Source of the DNA: an uncultured Gemmatimonadales bacterium
GTDB lineage: Bacteria > Gemmatimonadota > Gemmatimonadetes > Gemmatimonadales > Gemmatimonadaceae
DNA length: 64,000 bases
Direction: 5' to 3'
NCBI GenBank assembly: GCA_963701965.1
Contig: OY969695.1
Location: 1,408,001-1,472,000, forward strand
Positions 1-10,891 of the stretch are shown here, in pieces. A program made the position numbers and the translations under genes. The notes below the pieces were generated by a model that worked only from the letters and a program-made list of their open reading frames with translations, did not search any database and was not told where the DNA came from. How positions within the stretch are numbered: position 1 is the stretch's first letter; every line of letters starts with the position of its first letter.

Positions 1-1
1 C

Positions 2-100
2 ACGCGCATCCCCGCTGTGACTGGAACTTCCGAGACGTACGTGAACGTCTGGAAGAGCGGCAAGGCGAGCGCGACCTCGATATACACCAGGGAACGATAA
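2..100 (+). CDS. 3' end of an upstream gene (partial, unknown product)
   Basis: Open frame from window edge (…TRIPAVTGTSETYVNVWKSGKASATSIYTRER) ending TAA 98-100. Confidence 0.4.
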   Translation, partial: TRIPAVTGTSETYVNVWKSGKASATSIYTRER

Positions 101-151
101 CAGCCCGCGTTGGCCGCTGGCGGCGGGACCGGGCGTGTTGTTAGTTGGAGC

Positions 152-1708
152 ATGCGGCGATTTCTGATCATCGCCGGTGTGTGCGTGCTGGTGTTGATCG
201 CCGGGGCAGTGATCGCCCTGCGGGCGCTCGCCGGAGGTGCGGGCAAAGACAAGATCGCGTCGGCGCTCTCGACCATGCTCGAGATGCCCGTCACGATCGG
301 GGACTTGTCGATCGTGCTTTTTCCGGCGCCTGCAGTCAGCGCCGAGCACATACGCGTGGGATCCGGCGACAGTACCGCGGCGCCGGGCGTGAGCATCGGA
401 TCGGTTCGCATCGCCCCCACCCTGCTGTCGTTTCTTCCCGGTCGAACACGCTCGATCCGGCGCATCGATCTCGTCGGTCTCACCGTGTCGATTCGGCACG
501 ACCGGTCAGGACGTTGGCTGGTCCCCGTGCCACCGCCATCGGCGGCGCCGCCCGCCGCCCCCGGGGCCCAGCCCGCGGCGAAAACGCCAGGGGGCCTCGA
601 CCTCAACGCGTTGCACGTGCGCCGTGGGAGTGTCCGGGTAGTGGACGATGTCATCAATGCGGTCACGACGATCACGGCGATTGACGCCGATCTCGCGGTC
701 ACGGCCGGAGCCGTGTCGATTCCCGGTTTCTCCGGGCAGCTCGGGCAGACGGTGGTCACGGGATCCGCGAGCTACGGGGCGTCGGGGATCGCGCTCAACC
801 TGGCGTCCAAATCCATCGCCAATGCGGATTTGCCCGCGCTCTTTCGGTTGGCCGGCATGCAACCGTATCCCGGGCTCTCGATCAGCGGGGCGGCGCCCTT
901 CTCCATGACGACGGCGATCGGATCGGATCTCCAGTCGTTCACGGTGACCGGCAAGGCCGCTATCGCGCAGGTGCAGCTCGGCGCCATCGCGCTGCAGAGT
1001 CTTCAGGCGCCGTTTCGATTCGACAAGAAGATCTTCACGATGGATCCCATGACGTTCACGCTGTACAAGGGGCGTGAGACGGGGCGGGTGTCCATCGATA
1101 TGTCGGCGGCGAAGCCCGTCTATGCGATTCGGACGTCCATCGCGGGGTTGGACGTCGATCAGGCGCTCTCGGCGACCACGACCATGAAGCACACGTTGCT
1201 CGGCATTGCCCGGGTGCAAGCCGACGTCAAAGGGGCCGGGGCGACGTCGGCGGACATCCAGCAATCATTGGCCGGGACCGTCGGATTCGCCGTCAACCAC
1301 GGCATCATCACCAACTTTCCGCTGCTCTCGGCCATCAATCAAGCCGTCGGCATTACGGGCGGGAATACGAAAGAGACCGCGTTCGACAGCCTCACCGGTA
1401 CCGCGGTCATCGCCAATGGAAAAGCGCGGACGAACGATCTCACGCTGCGCGCTGGTGGGCTCACCATGACCGGCAAAGGCACTTACGGGCTGGATCAGAG
1501 CCTCGACATGCAGACGACGACGACGCTTGCGGCGACGGCCGCGCCGGCCATCCGGCAGATGCTGCACGCGCAAGGAGAAGTGGCGATTCCCGTGCATGTC
1601 ACCGGCACGGCATCGGCGCCGAAGTTCGCCGTCGACGTTCAGACGCTGGCCAAGAAAGGACTACAGGATCAACTCAAGCAGGGCCTCAACAAGCTCCTGC
1701 CGCACTAG
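152..1708 (+). CDS. AsmA-family (AsmA-like) protein
   Basis: N-terminal TM anchor MRRFLIIAGVCVLVLIAG, beta-rich body, C-terminal 'FDSLTGTAVIANGKARTNDL…GTYGLDQSLD…IPVHVTGTASAPKF' typical of AsmA; ATG 152 preferred over TTG 110. Confidence 0.8.
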   Translation: MRRFLIIAGVCVLVLIAGAVIALRALAGGAGKDKIASALSTMLEMPVTIGDLSIVLFPAPAVSAEHIRVGSGDSTAAPGVSIGSVRIAPTLLSFLPGRTRSIRRIDLVGLTVSIRHDRSGRWLVPVPPPSAAPPAAPGAQPAAKTPGGLDLNALHVRRGSVRVVDDVINAVTTITAIDADLAVTAGAVSIPGFSGQLGQTVVTGSASYGASGIALNLASKSIANADLPALFRLAGMQPYPGLSISGAAPFSMTTAIGSDLQSFTVTGKAAIAQVQLGAIALQSLQAPFRFDKKIFTMDPMTFTLYKGRETGRVSIDMSAAKPVYAIRTSIAGLDVDQALSATTTMKHTLLGIARVQADVKGAGATSADIQQSLAGTVGFAVNHGIITNFPLLSAINQAVGITGGNTKETAFDSLTGTAVIANGKARTNDLTLRAGGLTMTGKGTYGLDQSLDMQTTTTLAATAAPAIRQMLHAQGEVAIPVHVTGTASAPKFAVDVQTLAKKGLQDQLKQGLNKLLPH

Positions 1709-2691
1709 GACGCGCGGGCCAACCGCGCTGCGCGGTAGTCGGCCGGCGGGGCGTGCTCGGCCAGGAACGCCAGCAGCGCGTCGGCGACATCATTCCCGCG
1801 CTGGAACCGCTCATCCGGGTTTTTCGCCAGGCACTTCATGATGATCGCGGCCAGGGCCGGCGGCGTGCGGGAGTCGACCACTTCCGGCGGCACCGGCGCC
1901 TCGTGCACGTGCTTGTAGCCCACCGAGTACGAGTCGGCGCCGTCGAACGGGGGGAAGCCAAGCAGCATCTCGTACAGCATGACGCCCAGCGCATAGAGGT
2001 CGCTGCGGCCGTCGACCAAACGGCCCATGGCCTGCTCGGGTGACATGTAGTGCGGCGTGCCCATCGCCCGTCCCGTCCCCGTGAGCCGCCCGTGCCGGCG
2101 GGCCGTGGCGATGCCGAAGTCGGTCACTAGCGCGTAGCCGTCGTCATCGAACAGGATGTTGTCGGGCTTGATGTCGCGATGAATGACCCCGCGGCGATGC
2201 GCGTAGTCCAGCGCGCAGGAGACCTGCGCGGTCACCGTCGCGGCAAAGGCCGGCGCGACCGTCCGATCGCGGACCAACCGGTCGGCGAGCGACGCGCCAC
2301 CGAGGAACGGCATGAGGAGGTACACGACCTCCTCGGTCGAGCCGTAGTCGACGATCGGACAGATGTGCGGGTGCACCAGATGCGCGGCCGCCTCGGCCTC
2401 GCGCCGAAAGCGCTCCCGCATCTCGGCCTCGCGGGCCAAGTGCGCGTGCAACACTTTGATGACCAGCGGGCGCCCCAACTGCACATGCTCGGCGTAATAC
2501 ACATGCGCCATGCCGCCCGAACCGAGGCAATGCACGATCCGGTACCGGTTGCCGGTCATGCGCCGGAGCTGGCTGATCTCGGAATCCGGCGCCTCGGCGG
2601 GGCCGCCAGAGATCGGCGGGAGCGCGACCGAGCAGCGCGCACATTGCACGGCGACGGCCCGGTTCCACGTGCCGCAATCAGGGCAGAACAG
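1705..2691 (-). CDS. Hanks-type Ser/Thr protein kinase with N-terminal Zn ribbon, cytoplasmic
   Basis: GSGGMAHVY, VIK, HRDIKPDN, DFG, GTPHYMSPEQ motifs; CPDC…CARC; probable CTG start at 2691 (ORF caller start 2754). Confidence 0.9.
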   Translation of the reverse strand: MFCPDCGTWNRAVAVQCARCSVALPPISGGPAEAPDSEISQLRRMTGNRYRIVHCLGSGGMAHVYYAEHVQLGRPLVIKVLHAHLAREAEMRERFRREAEAAAHLVHPHICPIVDYGSTEEVVYLLMPFLGGASLADRLVRDRTVAPAFAATVTAQVSCALDYAHRRGVIHRDIKPDNILFDDDGYALVTDFGIATARRHGRLTGTGRAMGTPHYMSPEQAMGRLVDGRSDLYALGVMLYEMLLGFPPFDGADSYSVGYKHVHEAPVPPEVVDSRTPPALAAIIMKCLAKNPDERFQRGNDVADALLAFLAEHAPPADYRAARLARAS

Positions 2692-2696
2692 GGCGC

Positions 2697-3365
2697 TTAC
2701 CCTCCGAACTGCAATCGGACGAAGTCGTACGGGGGCCACGGACCAGTGACCCATACCCGCAGCGCCGGGTCTCGGCGATCCTCCGCGGCGACCGCGGTCG
2801 CGAACTCATTCCAGCGGGCGCGGTCGACAAGGAATGACGCCTGAGCGCTGTCCGCCGCAACGCCGGTCGCCACCGGTGTCCAGGAGACACTCTGACCCGC
2901 CAGCGTCCGAAAGATCTCCCGCGCGACCGCCTCGCCCGCCAACCGCTCGTGGGCCGCATCGGCACCAGCGATCGGCGGCGCGTGGCGCTCCACGTGCACG
3001 CGCCCGACGCTCCGGCCATCGACGAAGGCCAATGCATCGCTCAACGCGACGTAGTGCAGCTCCAACCACCGCACGATCGCTTCGCGCGACCGGAAGACGA
3101 CGCCCGGCGGCGCCGGCACGATGGATGTCTGCTCGAAGACGCTTTCGACGACCGCGCGGTGCGCGTCCAGATTGGGCGGCGACGGTGTCCGGCGCCAACT
3201 CCCGGCTTCTCCCCGGGCGCACTCGGTACTCACCGCCGCCAGATCGCGAAAGCCCACCAAACAGGCGCCGGACGGCAGCGGGCGCCCCTCCGCCTCCGGG
3301 CCGTTGACGACGCCGTACAGTCGGACGCCCTCCGCCGTCGCGGCGCCGCTGCTCACCGCCGCCAC
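2697..3365 (-). CDS. GvpL/GvpF-family protein
   Basis: N-terminal 'LYGVV', 'HRAVVE…IVPAPPG', 'ASFLVDR', C-terminal 'VTGPWPPYDFV' signature. Confidence 0.85.
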   Translation of the reverse strand: MAAVSSGAATAEGVRLYGVVNGPEAEGRPLPSGACLVGFRDLAAVSTECARGEAGSWRRTPSPPNLDAHRAVVESVFEQTSIVPAPPGVVFRSREAIVRWLELHYVALSDALAFVDGRSVGRVHVERHAPPIAGADAAHERLAGEAVAREIFRTLAGQSVSWTPVATGVAADSAQASFLVDRARWNEFATAVAAEDRRDPALRVWVTGPWPPYDFVRLQFGG

Positions 3366-4159
3366 TTCACACCTTTAATGAGCTGAAAGCCGATCGCCCG
3401 TTCATCCGACAGCTCGCGCAACAAGGCCAGCTCCCGCTCGACCGCCCGGCGCGCCCCGCGCCAACCCCATTTCCGCCATGCCCGCGTGGCGATCTGGACT
3501 TTCTGCTGCCACGTGAGGCGGACCGCCCGGGATCCGCGGGGAGTACCGCCCGCCGAGGTCCAGTCCTCGACAATGATCTCGACCACCCCCGCATCCCGTA
3601 GCATCTGCTTCCACTCGACCAGGAAATGCGGGCGAAGTCCAAGCCGCTCGACCACGAGCTCACGCTCATCCCGGGACAGCTCGGAACCCCAGGTCAGCTC
3701 CAACAGCACGACCGACCCCATCGGCTTGACCACCCGCACCAACTCGGCCACGGCACGGGCCGGCTGGCGAGCCGCCGCCAAAGCGGGCTCGCCGATAGCC
3801 ACGTCGAAGACGTCAGTCTCATGCGGCAGGTCGTCCAGCTGGGCGTGGCTATAGGACAGCGGCAATCGCACCGGCATGGCCCGGGCCCGCGCCTCGGCCC
3901 GCTCGATCCGGCCTCCATCGGCGTCGACACCCGTCACCGACGCCCCCGTCCGGCGGGCCAACCACTCGGCGGTCACCCCATCGCCACAGCCCGCGACGAG
4001 GACCTCCTGCGCCGCGGCGATTTCGGCGACGCGAACGACCTCACGGTACAGATCCTCGCCCGTGGCTCGCCACCGTCCCAGCACGGCGAGCTGGACGAGG
4101 CGGAGGATAGCGGGCGCTGGTGGGGGGCTCGGTCGCACGCGCGGTGTCGACGTGCTCAT
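3353..4159 (-). CDS. Class I SAM-dependent methyltransferase
   Basis: Motif I 'VLVAGCGDG', 'VTGVD', 'LPHETDVFDV', 'ELVRVVKPMG'; ATG at 4159. Confidence 0.85.
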   Translation of the reverse strand: MSTSTPRVRPSPPPAPAILRLVQLAVLGRWRATGEDLYREVVRVAEIAAAQEVLVAGCGDGVTAEWLARRTGASVTGVDADGGRIERAEARARAMPVRLPLSYSHAQLDDLPHETDVFDVAIGEPALAAARQPARAVAELVRVVKPMGSVVLLELTWGSELSRDERELVVERLGLRPHFLVEWKQMLRDAGVVEIIVEDWTSAGGTPRGSRAVRLTWQQKVQIATRAWRKWGWRGARRAVERELALLRELSDERAIGFQLIKGVKWRR

Positions 4160-4183
4160 GGACTCGAAACCTACGCGCACGGT

Positions 4184-5112
<929 letters not shown>

Positions 5113-5116
<4 letters not shown>

Positions 5117-5454
5117 CTGCGAACCGGCCGGCGTCGCCGAAAAGTCAGGAGAAAAGTGGAGCCATCGCGGGCGCCCGCGTCCGTGAGCGACACGTTTTCA
5201 TCCAACACTTCGTAGCCGTTGATCTTCATGACGAAGTCGGACGGGCTGCCGGACCGGTAGAGCGCATCGAGCGCGCGGATTTTGAGCGCGAGCACCGGTT
5301 CAGCGGGCGGAATTTCGACGCGCACCGTGTCCCAGACTTCGGGCATCTCCACGCGCAGCGTGATGCAGGATGCGGTTGAGGACGCGGCCGACGCGCACAG
5401 GCGAATGGCGTCCGGCCGGGAGCGCAGGGACGCCACGAAAGGAGTGATGGTCAC
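5113..5454 (-). CDS. Small ubiquitin-like/beta-grasp protein (YukD/EsaB-like), no C-terminal GG
   Basis: 'ITLRVEM…VRVEIPPAEPVLALKIRAL…FVMKINGYEVLDENVSLTDAGARDGSTFLL' follows the ubiquitin-fold pattern. Confidence 0.65.
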
Positions 5455-5720
5455 GCGGAAGGCAGGGTCGTGAAGAAGCGCGCGATCTGCGCGTCGAACA
5501 TGTAGGTCGAGCCGGTGACGGTGGTCGCGCCGCCGTCGGCGGGAGCGACGCCGATCACCAACTCCTCACCACCCTGGCCGCGGAACGTCACATACGCCGG
5601 GCCTTCCTTCTCCAAAAACGCGGGATACAGGCTGTTCCGGCGGGCGAAGAATTGCTTGGCGGCCGCGAGCACCTCGGGAGGCCCGAGCGACGTACGCGTG
5701 GTGACGAGTGTCGGGGGCAT
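5451..5720 (-). CDS. Hypothetical 89-aa protein
   Basis: Globular-looking sequence; GTGA overlap with downstream gene. Confidence 0.75.
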   Translation of the reverse strand: MPPTLVTTRTSLGPPEVLAAAKQFFARRNSLYPAFLEKEGPAYVTFRGQGGEELVIGVAPADGGATTVTGSTYMFDAQIARFFTTLPSA

Positions 5721-5729
5721 GGCGATAAC

Positions 5730-6965
5730 TTAACTCGCCCTCTCCGGTGCCCGGTACTCCAGCGGAATCCCCACGGTGAAGGTGGACCCTTCACCCGGCG
5801 TCGACACGAGCTCGATCTCGCCGCCCAGGAGGTGCGCCAGGCGCCGGCACAGCGCCAGTCCCATGCCCGTGCCGCCGTATTGGCGCGTGAGGGAGCCGTC
5901 CGCTTGCCGGAAGTCCTCGAACACGAGTGACACGGACGCGGGCGCGACGCCAATGCCGGTGTCCGTGACCCGATAGATGGCCCGACCTTTGGCGATCGCC
6001 ACCGAGATCGTCACGGCCCCGTCACCCGTGAATTTGTAGGCGTTGTCCAACAAGCTCACGAGGATCTTGGTCAACTTGCCCCGGTCGCTGAGCAGACAGG
6101 GCATCGGACCGGTCGGCTCCTCGATGACGAGCCGCGCCCCGTGCGACGGCCACTGGCGACGGGTGGTCGCCTCGCGAATAGGCTCGCGCGGATCGAACGT
6201 TTGAGGCTCGACGAGCGTGGCACCCTTGGCCAGTGCCGTGAGCTCCAGGAGATCCTCCACGAGCGACAGCAGACGATCGCCCGCGTCCCGCGCCTGGTGC
6301 AGATCGGCGCGCTGGCGGTCGGTCAACGGCCCCGACATCTCCTCGAGCAGCAGCGCCAGATAGCCCATCACGGTCGTGAGGGGCGTGCGGAGCTCGTGAC
6401 TGACGTTGGTGAGAAACTCTTCGCGCACACGTTGCGCGGCCCGCAGCTCGTTGATCAGCGCGGCTTTCTCGGCGGTAGCCGCCATCTGGGCGGCCACGAT
6501 GCGCAAGAGCGCGCGCCGCTCGGGGGTGGGACTCCCGGGTTCGGCGAAATAGAACGTCACGGCGCCGAGCACACCCGAGGGCGTCTGGAGTGGCAGCGCG
6601 ATCAGCGCCCGAAATCCCAGCTCCGTCGCCACATCCTGCCAATCCTCGAGCGATGGGTCGGCGAAGACGTCCGGCACCTCGATGGCCCGGCGCTCGCTGG
6701 CCGCCTCCCCACTCGGTCCAAATCCGACGCGCACGCGCATGTCGTCGAGCCAGGGCGCGTATCGCATCGGCCAGTTATAGGCGGCCGCCAGGCGCATCAG
6801 CTCCGATGCCCCATCGAGCATGTATACGGATGCGAAACTGGCCCCGACGACAGGACTGACGCGCTCGAGGGCGAACCGGAACACGTCGTCCGGTCGCTCG
6901 GCCGTCAACAACGCCTGCACAATCTCACGCACGACTACGAGCTGTACGTCGGCGGGTGCGCGCAC
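5730..6965 (-). CDS. GAF-domain sensor histidine kinase (soluble)
   Basis: H-box 'VSHELRTPL', 'LLDNAYKF', 'DTGIG', 'GGTGMGL'; N-terminal GAF; no TM. Confidence 0.92.
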   Translation of the reverse strand: MRAPADVQLVVVREIVQALLTAERPDDVFRFALERVSPVVGASFASVYMLDGASELMRLAAAYNWPMRYAPWLDDMRVRVGFGPSGEAASERRAIEVPDVFADPSLEDWQDVATELGFRALIALPLQTPSGVLGAVTFYFAEPGSPTPERRALLRIVAAQMAATAEKAALINELRAAQRVREEFLTNVSHELRTPLTTVMGYLALLLEEMSGPLTDRQRADLHQARDAGDRLLSLVEDLLELTALAKGATLVEPQTFDPREPIREATTRRQWPSHGARLVIEEPTGPMPCLLSDRGKLTKILVSLLDNAYKFTGDGAVTISVAIAKGRAIYRVTDTGIGVAPASVSLVFEDFRQADGSLTRQYGGTGMGLALCRRLAHLLGGEIELVSTPGEGSTFTVGIPLEYRAPERAS

Positions 6966-6990
6966 GATCGGGAAAAGCTACTGGGAACGC

Positions 6991-8508
6991 CTAGGCCAGC
7001 AACCCCTCAATGGCGGCGATGACGGGCGCGAACGACAAAGTCCTCCCGCTGACGCGGCGCGCTACTTCGTCGGCCGTCTCCCGCTGTCCCTCGGCGTACA
7101 GTTCTTCGACAATCCAGGGGCCGGCGCGGGGATTCCGGTACCAGTCGACATCGAATCGCTCCACCAGGGAGGCCGCCAGGACCGCGCCCAGTTGCCAGGC
7201 GCGCAGATACCGCGCCGAGTAGAACCGCGGATCGACGTCGACAAACGCATCGGCGGCGGCGTAACGGAACGAAGTCGCGGCGGACAACGTCTCGACGAAG
7301 AGATCGGGCAGGCGACTCCAGGGCACGCCGCCCCCGTAGAGCTGCACCTCGTAGATCAGTTTCGCGCAGTACCGGCGAAGGTAGTGGAGCTCCTCCAGCG
7401 CCGCGGCCCGCAGGTACCGGGGCATCTCCCGGGGCCCGAGCCCGGTGTAGCGCGCCAACCAGCCGGGATTCTGCGTCAGGTGGTCGAAGAGCATGGCGTA
7501 CGACTCGGTCACCGAGTTGTCGCCGGCCCACTGGAACTCGAACGGGTAGTCGCGCCGCGTATTGCCGAAATGCAAGGCGTGCCCGAGCTCGTGCAGCAGC
7601 GTCATGTAGTCGGTCTGGCCGCCGTGCGGGCGGAGCACGAGATACACCTCGTCAGGAATGATCACCGGGGCGCAGAACGCCCGCGCGCGCTTCCCTTCGC
7701 GGTCCCCGACGTCGAAGCGCACGCGCCCGCCGGCATCGGGGTCGACGCCCATCTCGCCCATCTGGCGGCGCACCGCGGGCTCCATGGCGCTGCCGGGGAA
7801 GAATTCGTCGAACTGCGGGGCCCGGAAGAGCGCCAGCGCATCGGCGCGGCGCAGCTCCGCCATCGGGACGCCGAGTGCGCGTTTGACGGCCGGCGGCAGC
7901 AGATCATGCCAGTGGGCTTCGGTATCCCGCAAGAAGGCCTGACAGGCGGCGACGAGGTCCGGCAGCACGATGCCGCTCAGCGTCTCGAACGTCGCGTTGT
8001 AGTCGCGGGCAATGTGGGCCGACTCGATGAGCTCCTTTTCCCGCTGCGTGCGGTCGAGGCGCATCGGGGCCAGCTCGGCAGCGACGAGCGACTCGCGGGC
8101 CGCGTCGATGGCCAGACGCTCGCGCCGGTCGACGGTATTGCCGATCTCGATGGCCGCGCGCTGATAGGGCAGGCTCCGGCCATCGGCCAGGGACATCATC
8201 GCCGAGGACTCCCACGCGATCTCGCGCTCCTCGAGCGGCGCCAGCGCGCGACCGGCGCGCGTTTCGACGATGAGATCGAGCAGGATGCGGGCGGCCCGCC
8301 CCTCATCGGAGCCGGCCGTGGCGCCCTGGTACGACTCGCGGGCCAGCGCCAGCGCCTCGTCGCTCACGACCACGGCGTGCCGCTGGTAGATGGGCACCAG
8401 CTCGGCGGTGGGCTTGTGCCCGGCGGTCGCCAGGTAGTACTCGCGGGAGATTTCCTCCAGCAAGGCTTGGCCCGCCGCCCGCAGCCGGTCGAGCGTCAGC
8501 TCAGGCAT
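6991..8508 (-). CDS. M3-like zinc metallopeptidase (oligoendopeptidase-like)
   Basis: HELGH zincin motif, downstream 'TESYAMLF'; ATG 8508 overlaps glyQS end. Confidence 0.75.
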   Translation of the reverse strand: MPELTLDRLRAAGQALLEEISREYYLATAGHKPTAELVPIYQRHAVVVSDEALALARESYQGATAGSDEGRAARILLDLIVETRAGRALAPLEEREIAWESSAMMSLADGRSLPYQRAAIEIGNTVDRRERLAIDAARESLVAAELAPMRLDRTQREKELIESAHIARDYNATFETLSGIVLPDLVAACQAFLRDTEAHWHDLLPPAVKRALGVPMAELRRADALALFRAPQFDEFFPGSAMEPAVRRQMGEMGVDPDAGGRVRFDVGDREGKRARAFCAPVIIPDEVYLVLRPHGGQTDYMTLLHELGHALHFGNTRRDYPFEFQWAGDNSVTESYAMLFDHLTQNPGWLARYTGLGPREMPRYLRAAALEELHYLRRYCAKLIYEVQLYGGGVPWSRLPDLFVETLSAATSFRYAAADAFVDVDPRFYSARYLRAWQLGAVLAASLVERFDVDWYRNPRAGPWIVEELYAEGQRETADEVARRVSGRTLSFAPVIAAIEGLLA

Positions 8509-9892
8509 GATTGCTGAGCAGGTCTTCGATCCGCGCATGGGGCGTATCGGCATCCAGGAGACTGGCGACGGCATCACCGACGCGGCTCGCGTCGACCCGC
8601 ACCTGCTGCATGTCATCGCGTCCGCGAATCGTCACGTCGCCCTTGGTGATCGTATCGCCATCGATGGTGATACAGTACGGCGTGCCGACTTCGTCCTGCC
8701 GGCGGTAGCGGCGGCCGATCGACCCGGACTCATCGTAGTACACGGGAAATTTCCGGCGCAGATCGTCGGCCAGTTTGTGCGCGAACTCGGGCATCCCGTC
8801 TTTCTTCGTCAGGGCGAACACGCCCGCTTTGATCGGCGCCAGCGCTGGATGCAACGCCAGCACGGTGCGTCCCTCGGCTTCGCCGGGGACGGCCTCTTCG
8901 CGATAGGCATTGACCAGCGCGGCGAGCGTCACCCGGTCGGCCCCGACCGACGTTTCGATGACGTACGGGACGTAGCGGCGGTTGTTGGGCTGGTCGAAGT
9001 ATTCCAGGCGCTTACCGGAGTACTGTTGGTGTTGCGTGAGGTCGAAGTTGCCGCGATGGTGAATGCCTTCGATCTCCTGAAAGCCGAGGGTGCCGCCGAA
9101 ATCGAACTGGATGTCGAAGGCGGCCCGCGCGTAGTGCGCCAGCTCGCTCTTCTCGTGCTGGTGGAATTCGAGGCGCGACGCCTCGAGGCCGAGCGCGGTA
9201 TGCCACTCCATGCGTTGGGCCTTCCAATACTCGAACCACGTCATTCCCTCGCGATCTTCGGGATCGACGAAGAACTGCATCTCCATCTGCTCGAACTCGC
9301 GCGTGCGGAAGATGAAATTCCCGGGCGTGATCTCGTTCCGGAACGCCTTGCCGATTTGCGCGATGCCGAAGGGGATTTTCTGGCGCGAGGACTGCTGGAC
9401 GTTCAGGAAGTTGACGTAAATGCCCTGGGCGGTCTCCGGCCGCAAATACACCACGGCCGAGCTCTCCTCGACCGGCCCCATGAACGTCTTGAACATCAAA
9501 TTGAACTGGCGCGGCTCGGTCAGCACGCAGGGCGTGCCCGGGTCGCCGGGATGCCGGCTCGGCTTCAGGGTGCAGGGGGCGTCGACGAGCTTGTCGGCGC
9601 GGAACCGGCCTTTGCACGTCTTGCAGTCGACGAGCGGATCGGTAAACGTCGCCACGTGGCCGCTGGCTTCCCAGACGCGCGGATGCATGAGGATCGCGGC
9701 GTCGAGACCCTCAATGTCATCGCGGTTCCGGACCATCGTCTGCCACCAACGGTCCTTGATGTTCCGCTTGAGCTCGACGCCGAGGGGCCCGTAGTCCCAC
9801 ACGGATCCGGTGCCGCCGTAGATCTCGGACGACTGAAAGACGAAGCCATGTCGTTTGGCCAACGACACGAGTTTGTCCATGATATCAAGCAT
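8501..9892 (-). CDS. glyQS: Glycine--tRNA ligase, homodimeric type
   Basis: SSEIYGG, YDYGPLG-like, LRPETAQG, FRNEITPGNFIFRTREFEQME, GRRYRRQDEVG. Confidence 0.97.
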   Translation of the reverse strand: MLDIMDKLVSLAKRHGFVFQSSEIYGGTGSVWDYGPLGVELKRNIKDRWWQTMVRNRDDIEGLDAAILMHPRVWEASGHVATFTDPLVDCKTCKGRFRADKLVDAPCTLKPSRHPGDPGTPCVLTEPRQFNLMFKTFMGPVEESSAVVYLRPETAQGIYVNFLNVQQSSRQKIPFGIAQIGKAFRNEITPGNFIFRTREFEQMEMQFFVDPEDREGMTWFEYWKAQRMEWHTALGLEASRLEFHQHEKSELAHYARAAFDIQFDFGGTLGFQEIEGIHHRGNFDLTQHQQYSGKRLEYFDQPNNRRYVPYVIETSVGADRVTLAALVNAYREEAVPGEAEGRTVLALHPALAPIKAGVFALTKKDGMPEFAHKLADDLRRKFPVYYDESGSIGRRYRRQDEVGTPYCITIDGDTITKGDVTIRGRDDMQQVRVDASRVGDAVASLLDADTPHARIEDLLSNHA

Positions 9893-10891
9893 CTAAGGGC
9901 GGGCAATGAGATACGGGGCGATACGGTCGCCGTGATTGCGGCCGTTCTCGATGAATATCTTGTTGGCGTCGTATCCCGAAGCCAACACGCCGGCAATGAA
10001 CACGCCGGGCACGTTCGTTTGCATGGTCGACGGGTCGTGCTTGGGAATGCCCGTGGCATCGTCGATGGCGACGCCGGCCCGGCGCAGCAACACGACGCTG
10101 GGCGTGAAGCCCGTCATGAGATACACGTGCTGCGCGGGCAGCCGCTCGATGCCCCGCGGGGTCTCGATGTCGAGCGTCTCCAGATCGATGCGCGTGAGGC
10201 GCGCGTTGAACCGGATCGCGATGCTGCCGTCCTTCACCCGGTTCAGCATGTCGGGCAAGATCCACGGCTTGACGTTGGCGTCGAACTGATCGGCGAAATG
10301 CACCACCGTCACCTTGGCGCCCGAGCGATAGAGATCGAGCGCCGCGTCCACGGCCGAATTGCCGCCGCCGACGACCACCGCCTCACGGCGGAAAGCCTCG
10401 TGGCCCTCGCGGTAGGTGTGCACCACGTGGGGCAGCGCCTCGCCCGGCACATCGAGCAGATTCGGCGTACCGAAGTATCCGGTGGCCACAACGACCGCGT
10501 CGTAAGGCGCCTCGACCAGACCCTCGGCACGGCGCTCGCTGCGCACGACGACGTGCGACCCGTCGGCACGAATGTCGACGACGGGCTCGTATTGCCGGAT
10601 CTGGAGGTTGAAGTACTGGACGACCATGCGATAGTAGGCCAGCGCCTCGCGCCGCGTCGGCTTCTCGCCGCCCGTCACGAACGGCAACCCGCCAATGCTG
10701 ATCTTTTCCGCGGTCGAAAAGAACGTAGTGTACAACGGGTAGCTGGCGATGCTCGACGCCACGCACGAGCGGTCGTAGATCGTGACGCGCAGTCCCGCGC
10801 GTTGCAGCGCAATACCCGCCGCGAGCCCGCAGGGACCGGCGCCGATCACCGCGACCGAGACGCCGGCGTTCCCCCGCCCGACCACTACCAT
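9893..10891 (-). CDS. YpdA-family (putative bacillithiol disulfide) FAD/NADPH reductase
   Basis: IGAGPCG, 'YP…FFSTAEKISIG', 'KPTRREALAYY', VGGGNSA, 'KIFIENGRNHG'; own ATG at 10891. Confidence 0.88.
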   Translation of the reverse strand: MVVVGRGNAGVSVAVIGAGPCGLAAGIALQRAGLRVTIYDRSCVASSIASYPLYTTFFSTAEKISIGGLPFVTGGEKPTRREALAYYRMVVQYFNLQIRQYEPVVDIRADGSHVVVRSERRAEGLVEAPYDAVVVATGYFGTPNLLDVPGEALPHVVHTYREGHEAFRREAVVVGGGNSAVDAALDLYRSGAKVTVVHFADQFDANVKPWILPDMLNRVKDGSIAIRFNARLTRIDLETLDIETPRGIERLPAQHVYLMTGFTPSVVLLRRAGVAIDDATGIPKHDPSTMQTNVPGVFIAGVLASGYDANKIFIENGRNHGDRIAPYLIARP

